IMG/VR virus record: IMGVR_UViG_3300027533_000010
Coordinates: 1 to 45,308 of that record
Origin: a virus
Lineage: Duplodnaviria > Caudoviricetes
Direction: 5' to 3' (one strand)
Length of the DNA stretch: 45,308 nt
Part shown: positions 16,821 to 25,236 of the stretch, one piece after another
Layout: each line of letters begins with the position of its first letter
Position numbering within the stretch: the stretch's first letter is position 1
Notes under the pieces: model-generated
What the model saw: the letters and a program-made list of their open reading frames with translations, nothing else
What the model was told of the DNA's origin: nothing
Database searches by the model: none
Position numbers and translations under genes: made by a program

Positions 16821-17500
16821 TAGAAGCCCAGCCTCTCTTCAGAGGAATCAATGATGTCCGGCTCAATAAGCTGTCTCTTCAGTTCTGTCTGCATGATGCT
16901 CGCCAGTTCATCCTCAAAGAGTTGCTTGAAGTCACCAATACTGTGCTTGTTCTTATCGTAAGGAATCGAAGCGAGAATGCGGCCCATCGTTCCGTAGTAG
17001 AGAGCGGTGTCGTAGCTTCGAGGGATCTCAGGATTCACTGTCGATATGCCAGCCACTGGATTGGCAACGATCAACTCAAGGCTCGGAAGTCTTGATGTTA
17101 GGAACTCGACAGTGACAATGGATGTTGGGGCCGGATGAAACCGAACCTGGTTGTCCCAGAGGAATGCGTAGAGTGGCTGAATGGCCCCCGTGGTGAGTGA
17201 GGTATCACGGAGAACCCTCTTCCACTGCTTGATGTTTGTAATGAGTCCGACATCGTAACGCCAGTCGGTAGGTTCAATCACCTCGACCAGTCGGAAGATG
17301 TCAACCTCAAGATCGTACTTGGCAGTGTCGGCGACAGTGCTGACGACCGCATCACCCTGAAGGACTACGCCACGCTGAGCGATCTCAGCCTGACACAGTT
17401 CAAGATGAAAGATAACTGAGTCCTCCTTCATGTCGTCACCAACATGGAGGAGGTTCAGATTATCACGGACAAGATTGACGAGATTTGAAACGCGAGCCAC
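16820..17500 (-). CDS. Head-tail adaptor protein 1 (podovirus adaptor-like)
   Basis: KYDLEVDIFRL, PLYAFLWDNQVRFHPAP and PEIPRSYDTALYYG motifs characteristic of phage adaptors. Confidence 0.72.
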   Translation of the reverse strand: MARVSNLVNLVRDNLNLLHVGDDMKEDSVIFHLELCQAEIAQRGVVLQGDAVVSTVADTAKYDLEVDIFRLVEVIEPTDWRYDVGLITNIKQWKRVLRDTSLTTGAIQPLYAFLWDNQVRFHPAPTSIVTVEFLTSRLPSLELIVANPVAGISTVNPEIPRSYDTALYYGTMGRILASIPYDKNKHSIGDFKQLFEDELASIMQTELKRQLIEPDIIDSSEERLGF

Positions 17501-17515
17501 TGGAGCACCCCTCGA

Positions 17516-19096
17516 TTACGACTGTGTGGAGATTCCTTCTCCTGCGACCCTCTTATGGAGTCTGTGGTAGTGATTCTCGAACCGAGTATATCCACCGATC
17601 CCCGCATCCCACGGCCTTGAAGGAATGAACGGCATCTGCTCCCTCTCAACAAGGACTGGATAGCCGCCGACCTGATCGGGGTAGTCCACGTAGGCATTAC
17701 CCCCAACAGCATCTCTTGGATCAAGCCTTGCGGTGGTCTGAGAAACAATTCTCGCATCAACTGCATCACGCTCTCCAGCCCTTGCACCGCAGTGCCTCAA
17801 GATATAAGCCTCAAGTCCCTGAGTGGGTTTCACTGTCACATCGGACGGGAAGTCCTGTGGAGAACTGGCGGACGGATAGTCGTTGTCAGCCAGACGCATT
17901 CCGAAGTCACCACCCAAGAGTGCTGTGCCATCAATCCGAAGCTCGGCATTTCCACCATAGTGAACGTAACTTCCAGGAGGCCATCCGCTCGCATCCCCAC
18001 CAGGCCCGTCGATCTCAACGATCTGCCTGTTTGGATTGATGAGCGTGCTCGGCCCAGCCTGGAATATATTTCCAACGATGTTCGTGCCGACTGGATCTGG
18101 CCCATCCTCATAGCGAAGCAGGATCAGCTTACCGCCCCAGTTGTATATCAGGTTGTTGACAATATGGAGTCTGCCAGCCTGCGATGTTGGGTTTCTCGCA
18201 TTGTTCTGTGCGAACAGATTGTTGATGAAAAGAATGTCGAGCTGGCTTGTTCCGCTCGTTGATCCAATCAAGATTCCATCACCACTGTGGCCTGCTGGGT
18301 TTGAATGTCCCAACGTCAGGGCCTCAGAGATGTTGCAGTTCGAGACAATGATGTTGTACGTTCGGAAGTCTGTGTCTGGAGCGTAGATCGAGAACACTTC
18401 GTCCGTCGCCCACGAGAATGAGCACCTGTCAACCACAACATTGTACACATCCCGCTCGTTGGCGATGATCTCGATACAGTCCGAGCTTCCTGCTGGGCCG
18501 TTCGATGTACCGTACTCTCCCTCACCGAAGTATCTCGGCGCGCCCAGAGTTCCCGTTGCATTAACTGGCTGGCCCGTGATCGAGCTTACCATGATAAGAT
18601 GGTCTGCGTCAAACACACCACCAACAATCACATTGTCTGGAACAACCCCAGGCTCGTTCTCATCCTTGATCGGTTTCCCAACAAGGTTCTGCCTGAAGAG
18701 GTTCGCACTGTTCGAGGTGAGGATCGGACTGCCATTGGTTGCAACGGTGTCGTACCGATAGAATGCAACCTTGTCACCAGTGCGACCACGAAGGTGCTGC
18801 AAGAACACATCGTGCGTTCTGACCCTGATCCCGTAGTCCTTGAAGCAGATACCAGGCCACGGGCCTGTCGCACCCAGGACTGAGACAAACGGATCTTCAA
18901 TCGAGATCCAGTCCTCCAGTTCGATGTAGCCTGAGACCGCAAAGAGAACAGTGCGAGGGCCCGTCGCAACCTCAAGAGCTTCACGCAGTGTCCCAGGGCC
19001 AGAGTCCTCCAGTGAGTTCACAATCAAAAAATCTCCCCCTCGCCCACCAATGCTGGCGGAACCAGGGCCGTAGATACCAGGGAATATTTGTGGCAT
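17516..19096 (-). CDS. Polysaccharide lyase family 1 (pectate lyase-like) beta-helix protein, probable virion depolymerase
   Basis: FPGIYGPGSASIGGRGG...VNSLEDSGPGTLREAL...GPRTVLFAVSGYI, DRCSFSWATDE, ARNP, VNNLIYNW and GARAGERDAVDARIV match the PL1 signature series. Confidence 0.85.
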   Translation of the reverse strand: MPQIFPGIYGPGSASIGGRGGDFLIVNSLEDSGPGTLREALEVATGPRTVLFAVSGYIELEDWISIEDPFVSVLGATGPWPGICFKDYGIRVRTHDVFLQHLRGRTGDKVAFYRYDTVATNGSPILTSNSANLFRQNLVGKPIKDENEPGVVPDNVIVGGVFDADHLIMVSSITGQPVNATGTLGAPRYFGEGEYGTSNGPAGSSDCIEIIANERDVYNVVVDRCSFSWATDEVFSIYAPDTDFRTYNIIVSNCNISEALTLGHSNPAGHSGDGILIGSTSGTSQLDILFINNLFAQNNARNPTSQAGRLHIVNNLIYNWGGKLILLRYEDGPDPVGTNIVGNIFQAGPSTLINPNRQIVEIDGPGGDASGWPPGSYVHYGGNAELRIDGTALLGGDFGMRLADNDYPSASSPQDFPSDVTVKPTQGLEAYILRHCGARAGERDAVDARIVSQTTARLDPRDAVGGNAYVDYPDQVGGYPVLVEREQMPFIPSRPWDAGIGGYTRFENHYHRLHKRVAGEGISTQS

Positions 19097-19816
19097 TTAA
19101 GAGTTCTCCTCGAAATGAAGCTTGAGAGAAAAGTCATCGACCGCCGCAGGCGTGAAGGCTGCCTGAGCGACCAATAGACCAAAGTTTGCACCCTGATCGA
19201 GTGGAATCCTGGGTGGATTGACCAGAGTAAGGACTGCTGGGTTTCCCGCTCCGTGCGTGAGCAGTGCAACGAACGCTGTGGTGTTCACGAGCGGTACGAC
19301 ACACAGAAGTCTCGTTCTGAGATCTTCCGCTGTCGGAGCAAAGGCTGCATTGTCTGCCGCCTCCGTGAAGTTCTGATCTCTGAAGATCCAGAGCGTCATT
19401 GCGTACGAGATCGCTGTCTCTGAGATTCCCTGGATGAAGATGATCTTCTTTCCACCATCGTACACACCGTCCGCCCCCGCAGGGGTGAGGATCGGAAATT
19501 GAAACCCTACAACATCGCCAGCAGAGTAAGCGGCAGGAGTTCCGTACCCGAACGCAAGGGTTGGTGATCCCGTTGCCGTGCAGGGCATCGCTGCTCCAGT
19601 CACACTATCAACCAGCGTGATTGAGGATGTGGAATTGACAACGCCAACGACAGAGCCATTTCTGACTCCGGTTCCTTTCACTGGCTGCCCAGCGACAACA
19701 GACCCAAAGGCGGCTGCCGAAGTGACTACGTTACTGCCAGAGACTGTTGCACAGGCAAGGCCCGTAGAGGCCATCGGCGGCTGTGGTGTGCGAACTCCAG
19801 TGAATACCTTTGACAT
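19097..19816 (-). CDS. Virion structural protein
   Basis: Thr/Ala/Gly/Val-rich beta protein; N-terminal module resembles the insert in the neighbouring lyase. Confidence 0.55.
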   Translation of the reverse strand: MSKVFTGVRTPQPPMASTGLACATVSGSNVVTSAAAFGSVVAGQPVKGTGVRNGSVVGVVNSTSSITLVDSVTGAAMPCTATGSPTLAFGYGTPAAYSAGDVVGFQFPILTPAGADGVYDGGKKIIFIQGISETAISYAMTLWIFRDQNFTEAADNAAFAPTAEDLRTRLLCVVPLVNTTAFVALLTHGAGNPAVLTLVNPPRIPLDQGANFGLLVAQAAFTPAAVDDFSLKLHFEENS

Positions 19817-19828
19817 TGCGACCCCCTC

Positions 19829-20356
19829 TTAACCCATTACGTGACCAGAATCGACCTGAGCTTGAGCGGAACCCCGCTTGCCCCGACCTTTCTGTGTTCG
19901 CATACCGCCAGTACCACTCACGGCTGCATCAATGTGTGCGGTGACTGCCGGATCGGACTCATCGTCCCCACCGGAGCGACCCTCACCCAGCTTCTCCACT
20001 TCACTGTCCGACTGCCTGCGAAGCTCCTCGGCCTCAAGCTCTGCAAGCTCTCTGCGTTTGATCGAGAGTTTGTCAGTCTGCACTGCGATATACCTGACAC
20101 CATCCTGCGCTGGCTGCTTCTCATACACAGGGATGACCTCGCACGGCCCATTCCATTCGAGCTTGTCCGTGACCTCAAGGATCTGCGGGTAGTTTGCCAG
20201 ATACCCTTTCGCCCGTATCTCTGGAATCTCACACCCAGGGTTGAGCGTGTACCGCCCCAGTTGAAATGGTAGCGTAGCCTTCCCCGAATTGATTGCCGAC
20301 TCTCTTACTTTGAGGAAGAGTGTGCGGCCCGTTTCGTTCCCTGACTTGAATGACAT
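19829..20356 (-). CDS. Hypothetical protein (morphogenesis region)
   Basis: 175-aa ORF with AAGGAG RBS and a low-complexity C-terminus. Confidence 0.6.
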   Translation of the reverse strand: MSFKSGNETGRTLFLKVRESAINSGKATLPFQLGRYTLNPGCEIPEIRAKGYLANYPQILEVTDKLEWNGPCEVIPVYEKQPAQDGVRYIAVQTDKLSIKRRELAELEAEELRRQSDSEVEKLGEGRSGGDDESDPAVTAHIDAAVSGTGGMRTQKGRGKRGSAQAQVDSGHVMG

Positions 20357-20396
20357 TGTTCACTTCTCCTTGATGTTCACAGACATTGAATTTTCA

Positions 20397-20425
20397 TTTA
20401 TATTGAACTTTCACCATTTAGTGAA
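20397..20425 (-). promoter_or_regulatory. Putative promoter TTCACT-17-TATAAA
   Basis: Lies in an AT-rich gap upstream of the tail/neck operon; 17-bp spacer; overlaps a short inverted repeat (TTTCAC...GTGAAA). Confidence 0.45.
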
Positions 20426-20465
20426 AATCCTTAAACCACCTGAATGCTCTCTACGTAGTTTGGCA

Positions 20466-20594
20466 TTAGTCGGCCACCTTTGTTGAAACGTCCTCGGCAA
20501 TCTCTTCACCATCGACATCATCTCTCAGGTAGTTCGGACAAAACCAGAACCCCAGCAGGAACAGAACCGCAATGACTACGAGAAGCGTTACCAT
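20466..20594 (-). CDS. Small single-pass membrane protein (42 aa)
   Basis: MVTLLVVIAVLFLLGFWF plus acidic tail; AAGGAG RBS; translated by hand (not in the ORF track). Confidence 0.55.
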   Translation of the reverse strand: MVTLLVVIAVLFLLGFWFCPNYLRDDVDGEEIAEDVSTKVAD

Positions 20595-20624
20595 GACAAC
20601 TCCTTTTGGTTTGTGTGACTCTTG

Positions 20625-20697
20625 TAGCGGGAGAAGGACTCGAACCCCCGACCTCCTGATTATGAGTCAGGCGAGCTACCATCTGCTCCACCCCGCC
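20625..20697 (-). tRNA. tRNA with CAU anticodon (Met-type; initiator-like D arm, non-initiator anticodon stem)
   Basis: GGCGGGG acceptor, TGGAGCAGATGGTAGCTCG D arm, CCTGA-CTCATAA-TCAGG anticodon arm, GGTTCGAGTCC T arm, discriminator A; CCA not encoded. Confidence 0.92.
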
Positions 20698-20698
20698 G

Positions 20699-20905
20699 CT
20701 AAACTGTCTCAACAGTCCAATTCTTTGACTGCTTGCCCGATGTAGCCTCAATTGCCTTGATGATGTTCGTCGGTGTCCGCCTACACTTACGCTGAGTGGT
20801 GTAAGCCTCACTCACACAAAGAATTTCACCGTTTCGGTGTCTGATTCTCCAGTAGTGCGATGCGCCCGAAGCGAAAATCTCGAATGTGTACAAAGGTTTC
20901 TTCAT
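20699..20905 (-). CDS. DUF1508/YegP-like domain protein
   Basis: FEIF...YWRIRHRNGEILCVSEAYTT matches the YegP-type pattern (WRL.A.NG.II..SE.Y). Confidence 0.75.
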   Translation of the reverse strand: MKKPLYTFEIFASGASHYWRIRHRNGEILCVSEAYTTQRKCRRTPTNIIKAIEATSGKQSKNWTVETV

Positions 20906-20913
20906 GGTATTTC

Positions 20914-21051
20914 CTATCGTGACATCCCAACCATTGAATCAATCCATCCCTTTAGCCTGTCGAACAGGTGAAATATACACACTGCTACCGCAGAAAGCAA
21001 TACCACCACAACCACACAGGCCAGCACACCAAAGTAGAACTCGACCATCAT
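20914..21051 (-). CDS. Small membrane protein (45 aa)
   Basis: MMVEFYFGVLACVVVVVLLSAVAVCIF hydrophobic helix; translated by hand. Confidence 0.45.
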   Translation of the reverse strand: MMVEFYFGVLACVVVVVLLSAVAVCIFHLFDRLKGWIDSMVGMSR

Positions 21052-21065
21052 TTCGTTACCCCTTC

Positions 21066-21103
21066 AAAAATAAATGGGGGTGAGATCGAAACCCCACCCC
21101 CAT
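21066..21103 (-). terminator. Rho-independent terminator after the capsid genes
   Basis: Minus strand ATGGGGGTGGGGT-TTCG-ATCTCACCCCCAT hairpin followed by TTATTTTT. Confidence 0.8.
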
Positions 21104-21123
21104 GATTTTCAATTCATCAGATG

Positions 21124-21720
21124 TTAGTAGAACACATCAATGAGGAGATCGAAGTTGCCCGAATCAGCGACCGCAGGTGTCGCCTGAAGGTCAGCGATAT
21201 GGAATGTGATAACGTCTGCCGATGTATAGACAGGGTTACACACCCTCATATTCGCAACCGCAGCCGCACCGCAAGACATTCTTGCGAACGTCTTTGCTGC
21301 TGTGAAAGCTCCCGTCAGCGTGAAGGTGTAGAGACCAATCGAAGTCCTTGCAGGAGTGATTGTTCCACCCAACTGATTGACGAGTGCCGTAGTGAGCACA
21401 GGAGCATCGGTTGAGGACTGTGTGCCCTTACCAACGTACTGCTTCGACCCAGCACCACCAGGAGACCACGTACCGTCCGATGTGCCGAACGTACCAGACT
21501 TCACCCACGTTCGCCCAACCCCAACCGATGTAACCTGTGGAGTGTAGAACGATCCGTTGGGTGCATTGGCGTAGTTCGCCACGGGACTTGCGTCCGTGCC
21601 CCAGATTTGATGAATCTCACCCTGTTCGCACAACAGCTTGCTGACGAAAGCATTCGTCGGATAGCTGTACAGAGCAACCAGCGTGTTTGAATCCTTGACG
21701 GAAGTCAGAAATCCACCCAT
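21124..21720 (-). CDS. Putative capsid decoration/cement protein
   Basis: Directly after the MCP with a strong GGGAGG RBS and before the terminator; APNGSFY and RTSIGLYTFT motifs. Confidence 0.6.
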   Translation of the reverse strand: MGGFLTSVKDSNTLVALYSYPTNAFVSKLLCEQGEIHQIWGTDASPVANYANAPNGSFYTPQVTSVGVGRTWVKSGTFGTSDGTWSPGGAGSKQYVGKGTQSSTDAPVLTTALVNQLGGTITPARTSIGLYTFTLTGAFTAAKTFARMSCGAAAVANMRVCNPVYTSADVITFHIADLQATPAVADSGNFDLLIDVFY

Positions 21721-21732
21721 GATGACCTCCCC

Positions 21733-23091
21733 TTAGAAACTGAGGCTGTCAGGACTGTAGGTGGCAAACACCAACGAAGATGTATTCTCGTAGAAGTCTC
21801 CCGCCGACAGGCCAGTAACAACCCCATCGTGATCGAAAATGTCAGCCCGAACCACCGACTGAACTGTCTGAACTCCGATACCTGACACTGCACCATAGTC
21901 AGCAGACTCCTCGACGAACATCATCGAACGGCCTCGGACACCACCAGCCACCGGAATACCAACACCGACGCTGAGAGCACCCTCACCGATAAGGAATCCG
22001 CACTTGCGGTCTGAGGTGTCACGATCTTCGATCCAGTTTGCAACAGTGTAGCCTGCTGAACGCTGGGCTGCGCTCGGAGCAGGGCCATACTCAACCACGT
22101 TCGCAGCCGGAGCAGAAGCACCGACAGGATTGGTGGCCGTGCGAGCACCCCACATATTCTGATCGACATAGATCAGAGCACCGAACAGATCGGCCCGTGC
22201 GCCAGTAGCGAGCGGGTGATCGTCCAGTTCATTCGGCAACCCACGATAGAACTCCAGGAAATCGGAATCCTTCTGAAGTTGCGCCCATTGTGCATCCGAG
22301 ATGAAGATGAGGAACCTGCGGAAACCAGCCTTCATCATGATCGGTTTGACCTTGTGACGGTTGGCTGCCAGAACCAGTGAGTTCACCATGTCTGCGGAGA
22401 AATAATCCCCAGCGACATTGGTGAGACCATCAATGGCTTCCTGAACCAGATCTTCATATCCGGCAGTCCCTGGCCTTCCACCTGAGTAGGCGACCTGTCC
22501 GGCCCCTGCTGTGTAGAAGTTCGGGTGTGATACCCTTGCTACCGCCCGACCACCCAAGAGAGTGGGAGCGAGAAGGTCGAAGCTGACTCCATTCAACATT
22601 GCGTGGATGAAGTTCCCAGGATGGTAGTCGTTCCACCAGTCCGTGATGTACTCGTTCGCCTCTTCCATGAGGTTGCCCAAGTACGGGGCAGCGATCTGAG
22701 CCGACATCAGGCTCGGATTGGAATAAGCTTTGCGTGTAAGGTTGATTCTGACCGTGCGGAATGTGATCCGTGCGGCCTCCTCAGTTCCTTCGAGTGCCTT
22801 GTCTCCCAGAGTTGCACGGCCTGTCAGACGCAGCCGGACAGGAATGTCCAGGTTGGTCTTACCACGCTTGATGAACTCTTTGAACACTTCGATAGGCGAG
22901 CCAGTCAACTTTGCACCAGCATCCGCTTCAGGCCCAGGAAGAACCGTATCCGAGGTTTCACGACTTGCTTTGATAAAGTTGGGGGCCACAAACATACCGA
23001 AGATGTTCTTCTTCCACTGCTGGCGAAACATCCGCTCAGAGAGAAGGTTGGGATTCAGACGACCCGTAAGAGAAAAGATTGTCTGTGCCAT
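21733..23091 (-). CDS. Major capsid protein (N4-gp56/DUF4043-like)
   Basis: 452 aa; LRLTGRATLGDKALEGTEE...VRINLTRKA, QWAQLQKDSDF...HPLATG and EESADYG motifs; follows the scaffold-like gene. Confidence 0.82.
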   Translation of the reverse strand: MAQTIFSLTGRLNPNLLSERMFRQQWKKNIFGMFVAPNFIKASRETSDTVLPGPEADAGAKLTGSPIEVFKEFIKRGKTNLDIPVRLRLTGRATLGDKALEGTEEAARITFRTVRINLTRKAYSNPSLMSAQIAAPYLGNLMEEANEYITDWWNDYHPGNFIHAMLNGVSFDLLAPTLLGGRAVARVSHPNFYTAGAGQVAYSGGRPGTAGYEDLVQEAIDGLTNVAGDYFSADMVNSLVLAANRHKVKPIMMKAGFRRFLIFISDAQWAQLQKDSDFLEFYRGLPNELDDHPLATGARADLFGALIYVDQNMWGARTATNPVGASAPAANVVEYGPAPSAAQRSAGYTVANWIEDRDTSDRKCGFLIGEGALSVGVGIPVAGGVRGRSMMFVEESADYGAVSGIGVQTVQSVVRADIFDHDGVVTGLSAGDFYENTSSLVFATYSPDSLSF

Positions 23092-23153
23092 AACATCCCC
23101 CGAAATTTAGGGGTGAGTCTTATTGCGAAACAAGTTGAGTCGAAACCCGAAGG

Positions 23154-24347
23154 TTAGGACTTCTTGTTGTAGATCCTATCCAGTTGCTCATCCGAGAGAT
23201 TCTCAACGGCCTTTGGATCGTTGAGGTCAACAGTAACAGGCTGCTTGGCAGAACCAGTGGCGGGGATCTTACTCCTCGATATGGTTTGGTGTGGCTTCGG
23301 GCGCATGGTTGCGGCCTCTGCCCTACCCTTTGTCCGAGCTTCCATCACTACCTTGTCCAGCATACCGCCCTCAACGAGCTTCGTCCGAACAAAGTGATTC
23401 AGGATTGCACCCTTCTTCAAGAAGGAAACTCCGGCACGGCTCTCGTACACGCCCTGATCTTTCAGAGCTTCTCCGATAACTGTATTGAGTTCCTCTTCCT
23501 TGAGGGTGACACCGTACTTCTTCGCAAGCGTTTCGATCTCCTTGCGCCCCTCACTCTTGAGGGAGGTGTTATGATCGACAACATCCTTTGAAGCGGTGCG
23601 GAAGTCCTCCACGATCTTCAGATTCTTGGCGTAGCGTGCTTCGTACTCTGCCTCGAACTTGAAAGCGTAGTAGGGTTGATCCCTTCTCAGAACCTCCATT
23701 TCCTCGTTCGACTTCGGGATCTCGATACCATTCCTTCTCATGTCTGCAACCACCTGGGACTGCATGACATCGCTGTAGGTTGATACCGCCACCCGTGATC
23801 GAATTTCTGACTCCGGTAGATTGAGGTTTGGTTTATCCCCTACCTCCTGAGTCGCCTGTCGCTTCGAGACCTCTGCACCCAGACGCTTGTAGAGATTCTC
23901 GACCTGCCCATAATCTTCAGCAGCCGAGGCCGCATCAATCTGAGCTTTGAACAACTCTGGGTCTAACCCCAGCGTCTTGATCTCGCTCTCAACACCCTTG
24001 ATGAGATCTTCAGGTGTCTCGAACTTTCCGGCGAATTTCACTGGCTCGTCGGTAGTGCCAGCATCGGACTCGGCCCCCGTAGAGGGGTTGGCTTTATCGC
24101 TGCCCTCCGGCTTTGTCTCAACATCCGTTACAACAATTTTGTCTGTGGTGATCGGCTGTCCATTCGCATCGAGCGACGGAGCATCGTCGTCATCTCCCGC
24201 AACCTTCACAGGCACTTCGGGTTTCGCTGCCCCGCTACCAGCGTCCGCAGACGCAACACTCTCAAGGTGTACCTGATACTGATTCAACTGCTCGTCAGTC
24301 AGTGAAGGAACCTGCTCTGGTGTTACCTTTGATGGATCGAATGTCAT
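23154..24347 (-). CDS. Capsid scaffolding protein
   Basis: Acidic disordered N-half, KFAGKFETPEDLIKG motif, helical core; immediately upstream of the MCP. Confidence 0.72.
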   Translation of the reverse strand: MTFDPSKVTPEQVPSLTDEQLNQYQVHLESVASADAGSGAAKPEVPVKVAGDDDDAPSLDANGQPITTDKIVVTDVETKPEGSDKANPSTGAESDAGTTDEPVKFAGKFETPEDLIKGVESEIKTLGLDPELFKAQIDAASAAEDYGQVENLYKRLGAEVSKRQATQEVGDKPNLNLPESEIRSRVAVSTYSDVMQSQVVADMRRNGIEIPKSNEEMEVLRRDQPYYAFKFEAEYEARYAKNLKIVEDFRTASKDVVDHNTSLKSEGRKEIETLAKKYGVTLKEEELNTVIGEALKDQGVYESRAGVSFLKKGAILNHFVRTKLVEGGMLDKVVMEARTKGRAEAATMRPKPHQTISRSKIPATGSAKQPVTVDLNDPKAVENLSDEQLDRIYNKKS

Positions 24348-24486
24348 TCTGCTTCCTTTTTCAAAAAGTTACAAATAAGAGATATGTGGTCACAAAACGA
24401 GGGCCGACCGTTCAAGTTTCCATCTCTACGTTCCGTCCCTACTCTTGAATCAATCAACCCTCAGTGTATCACCTCGGCACAACCCC

Positions 24487-24515
24487 AATGTACTACTTTA
24501 CCGATGCAGAGTCAA
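24487..24515 (-). promoter_or_regulatory. Putative late promoter TTGACT-17-TACATT
   Basis: -35 at 24510-24515, -10 at 24487-24492; upstream of scaffold/capsid genes. Confidence 0.65.
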
Positions 24516-24525
24516 TACCCCAGCC

Positions 24526-24888
24526 CTACTTCACCGCTCCCTCAAGACCCTCACGGTGCGCCCTGATCGAATTTTCTCGATCAAGGAGATGGTCGAGGGT
24601 AGGCTGGATTTCTCCCTTGCTGAGAGCAAAGAAATAGCCACCCCGAACAGAGGCAATGGGGATTCCGTTGCGACAGCAGTGATTTACTACCGCCCTAACC
24701 TGGCTGGTTCTCTTCAGTGGCCCCTTCCACCTCTTCTTCAAAATATCCTTCCCCATAATTGGAGTTTCTGGAGTCACCCGTCCATTCTCACGCAGCCCTT
24801 GAAGGGCCACTACGAAAGTTGGAGCGTAGGCCTGGAGCTTCTTGGAAAGTCTGCTCCCCGATTCGATGTCTGGAAATCCTCTTGGCAT
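24526..24888 (-). CDS. Winged-helix-like DNA-binding protein
   Basis: PIMGKDI...QVRAVVNHCCRNGIPIASVRGGYFFA pattern (HTH plus GY wing); GGAGG RBS. Confidence 0.6.
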   Translation of the reverse strand: MPRGFPDIESGSRLSKKLQAYAPTFVVALQGLRENGRVTPETPIMGKDILKKRWKGPLKRTSQVRAVVNHCCRNGIPIASVRGGYFFALSKGEIQPTLDHLLDRENSIRAHREGLEGAVK

Positions 24889-24984
24889 AACGATTTACCT
24901 CCTTTATGAGTGTGTGCTTGTTGAATAGTCCCCTCTCCCCCTTTGTCTGAGTCACGGGGAGGAGGAGGAAAAGCATTAGCAGGG

Positions 24985-25236
24985 TCATGGGGATTCTTTC
25001 TTTTGTGGATTGAAAAACGATCCTGCGATTTCATAATCAAGTGTGCCGTCTGAGTTAATTATGGTCACAAGGTCTGCTGGCAACGGCTGGACGACGGCAA
25101 CCCGCTTCCCTTGATGCGTGAGGATGAAAGTCTTTCCCATTTTCACCTGCAATATCACTTCTCCAATTCGCAAACGTAACTCCATCATCGTTATTGTCTC
25201 AAGCTGTCCAGCAAGTGGGTGGTTTTTCATTTTCAC
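24985..25236 (-). CDS. Phd/YefM-family antitoxin-like protein (orphan)
   Basis: TITMMELRLRIGEVILQVKMGKTFILTHQGKRVAVVQP matches the Phd/YefM N-terminal domain pattern. Confidence 0.78.
   Translation of the reverse strand: MKMKNHPLAGQLETITMMELRLRIGEVILQVKMGKTFILTHQGKRVAVVQPLPADLVTIINSDGTLDYEIAGSFFNPQKKESP

Noticed and set aside
24788-25040. ORFs 24788..24988 and 24810..25040 as the toxin partner of the Phd-like gene
   Set aside because: Both overlap the better-supported 24526..24888 gene extensively and show no toxin motifs.
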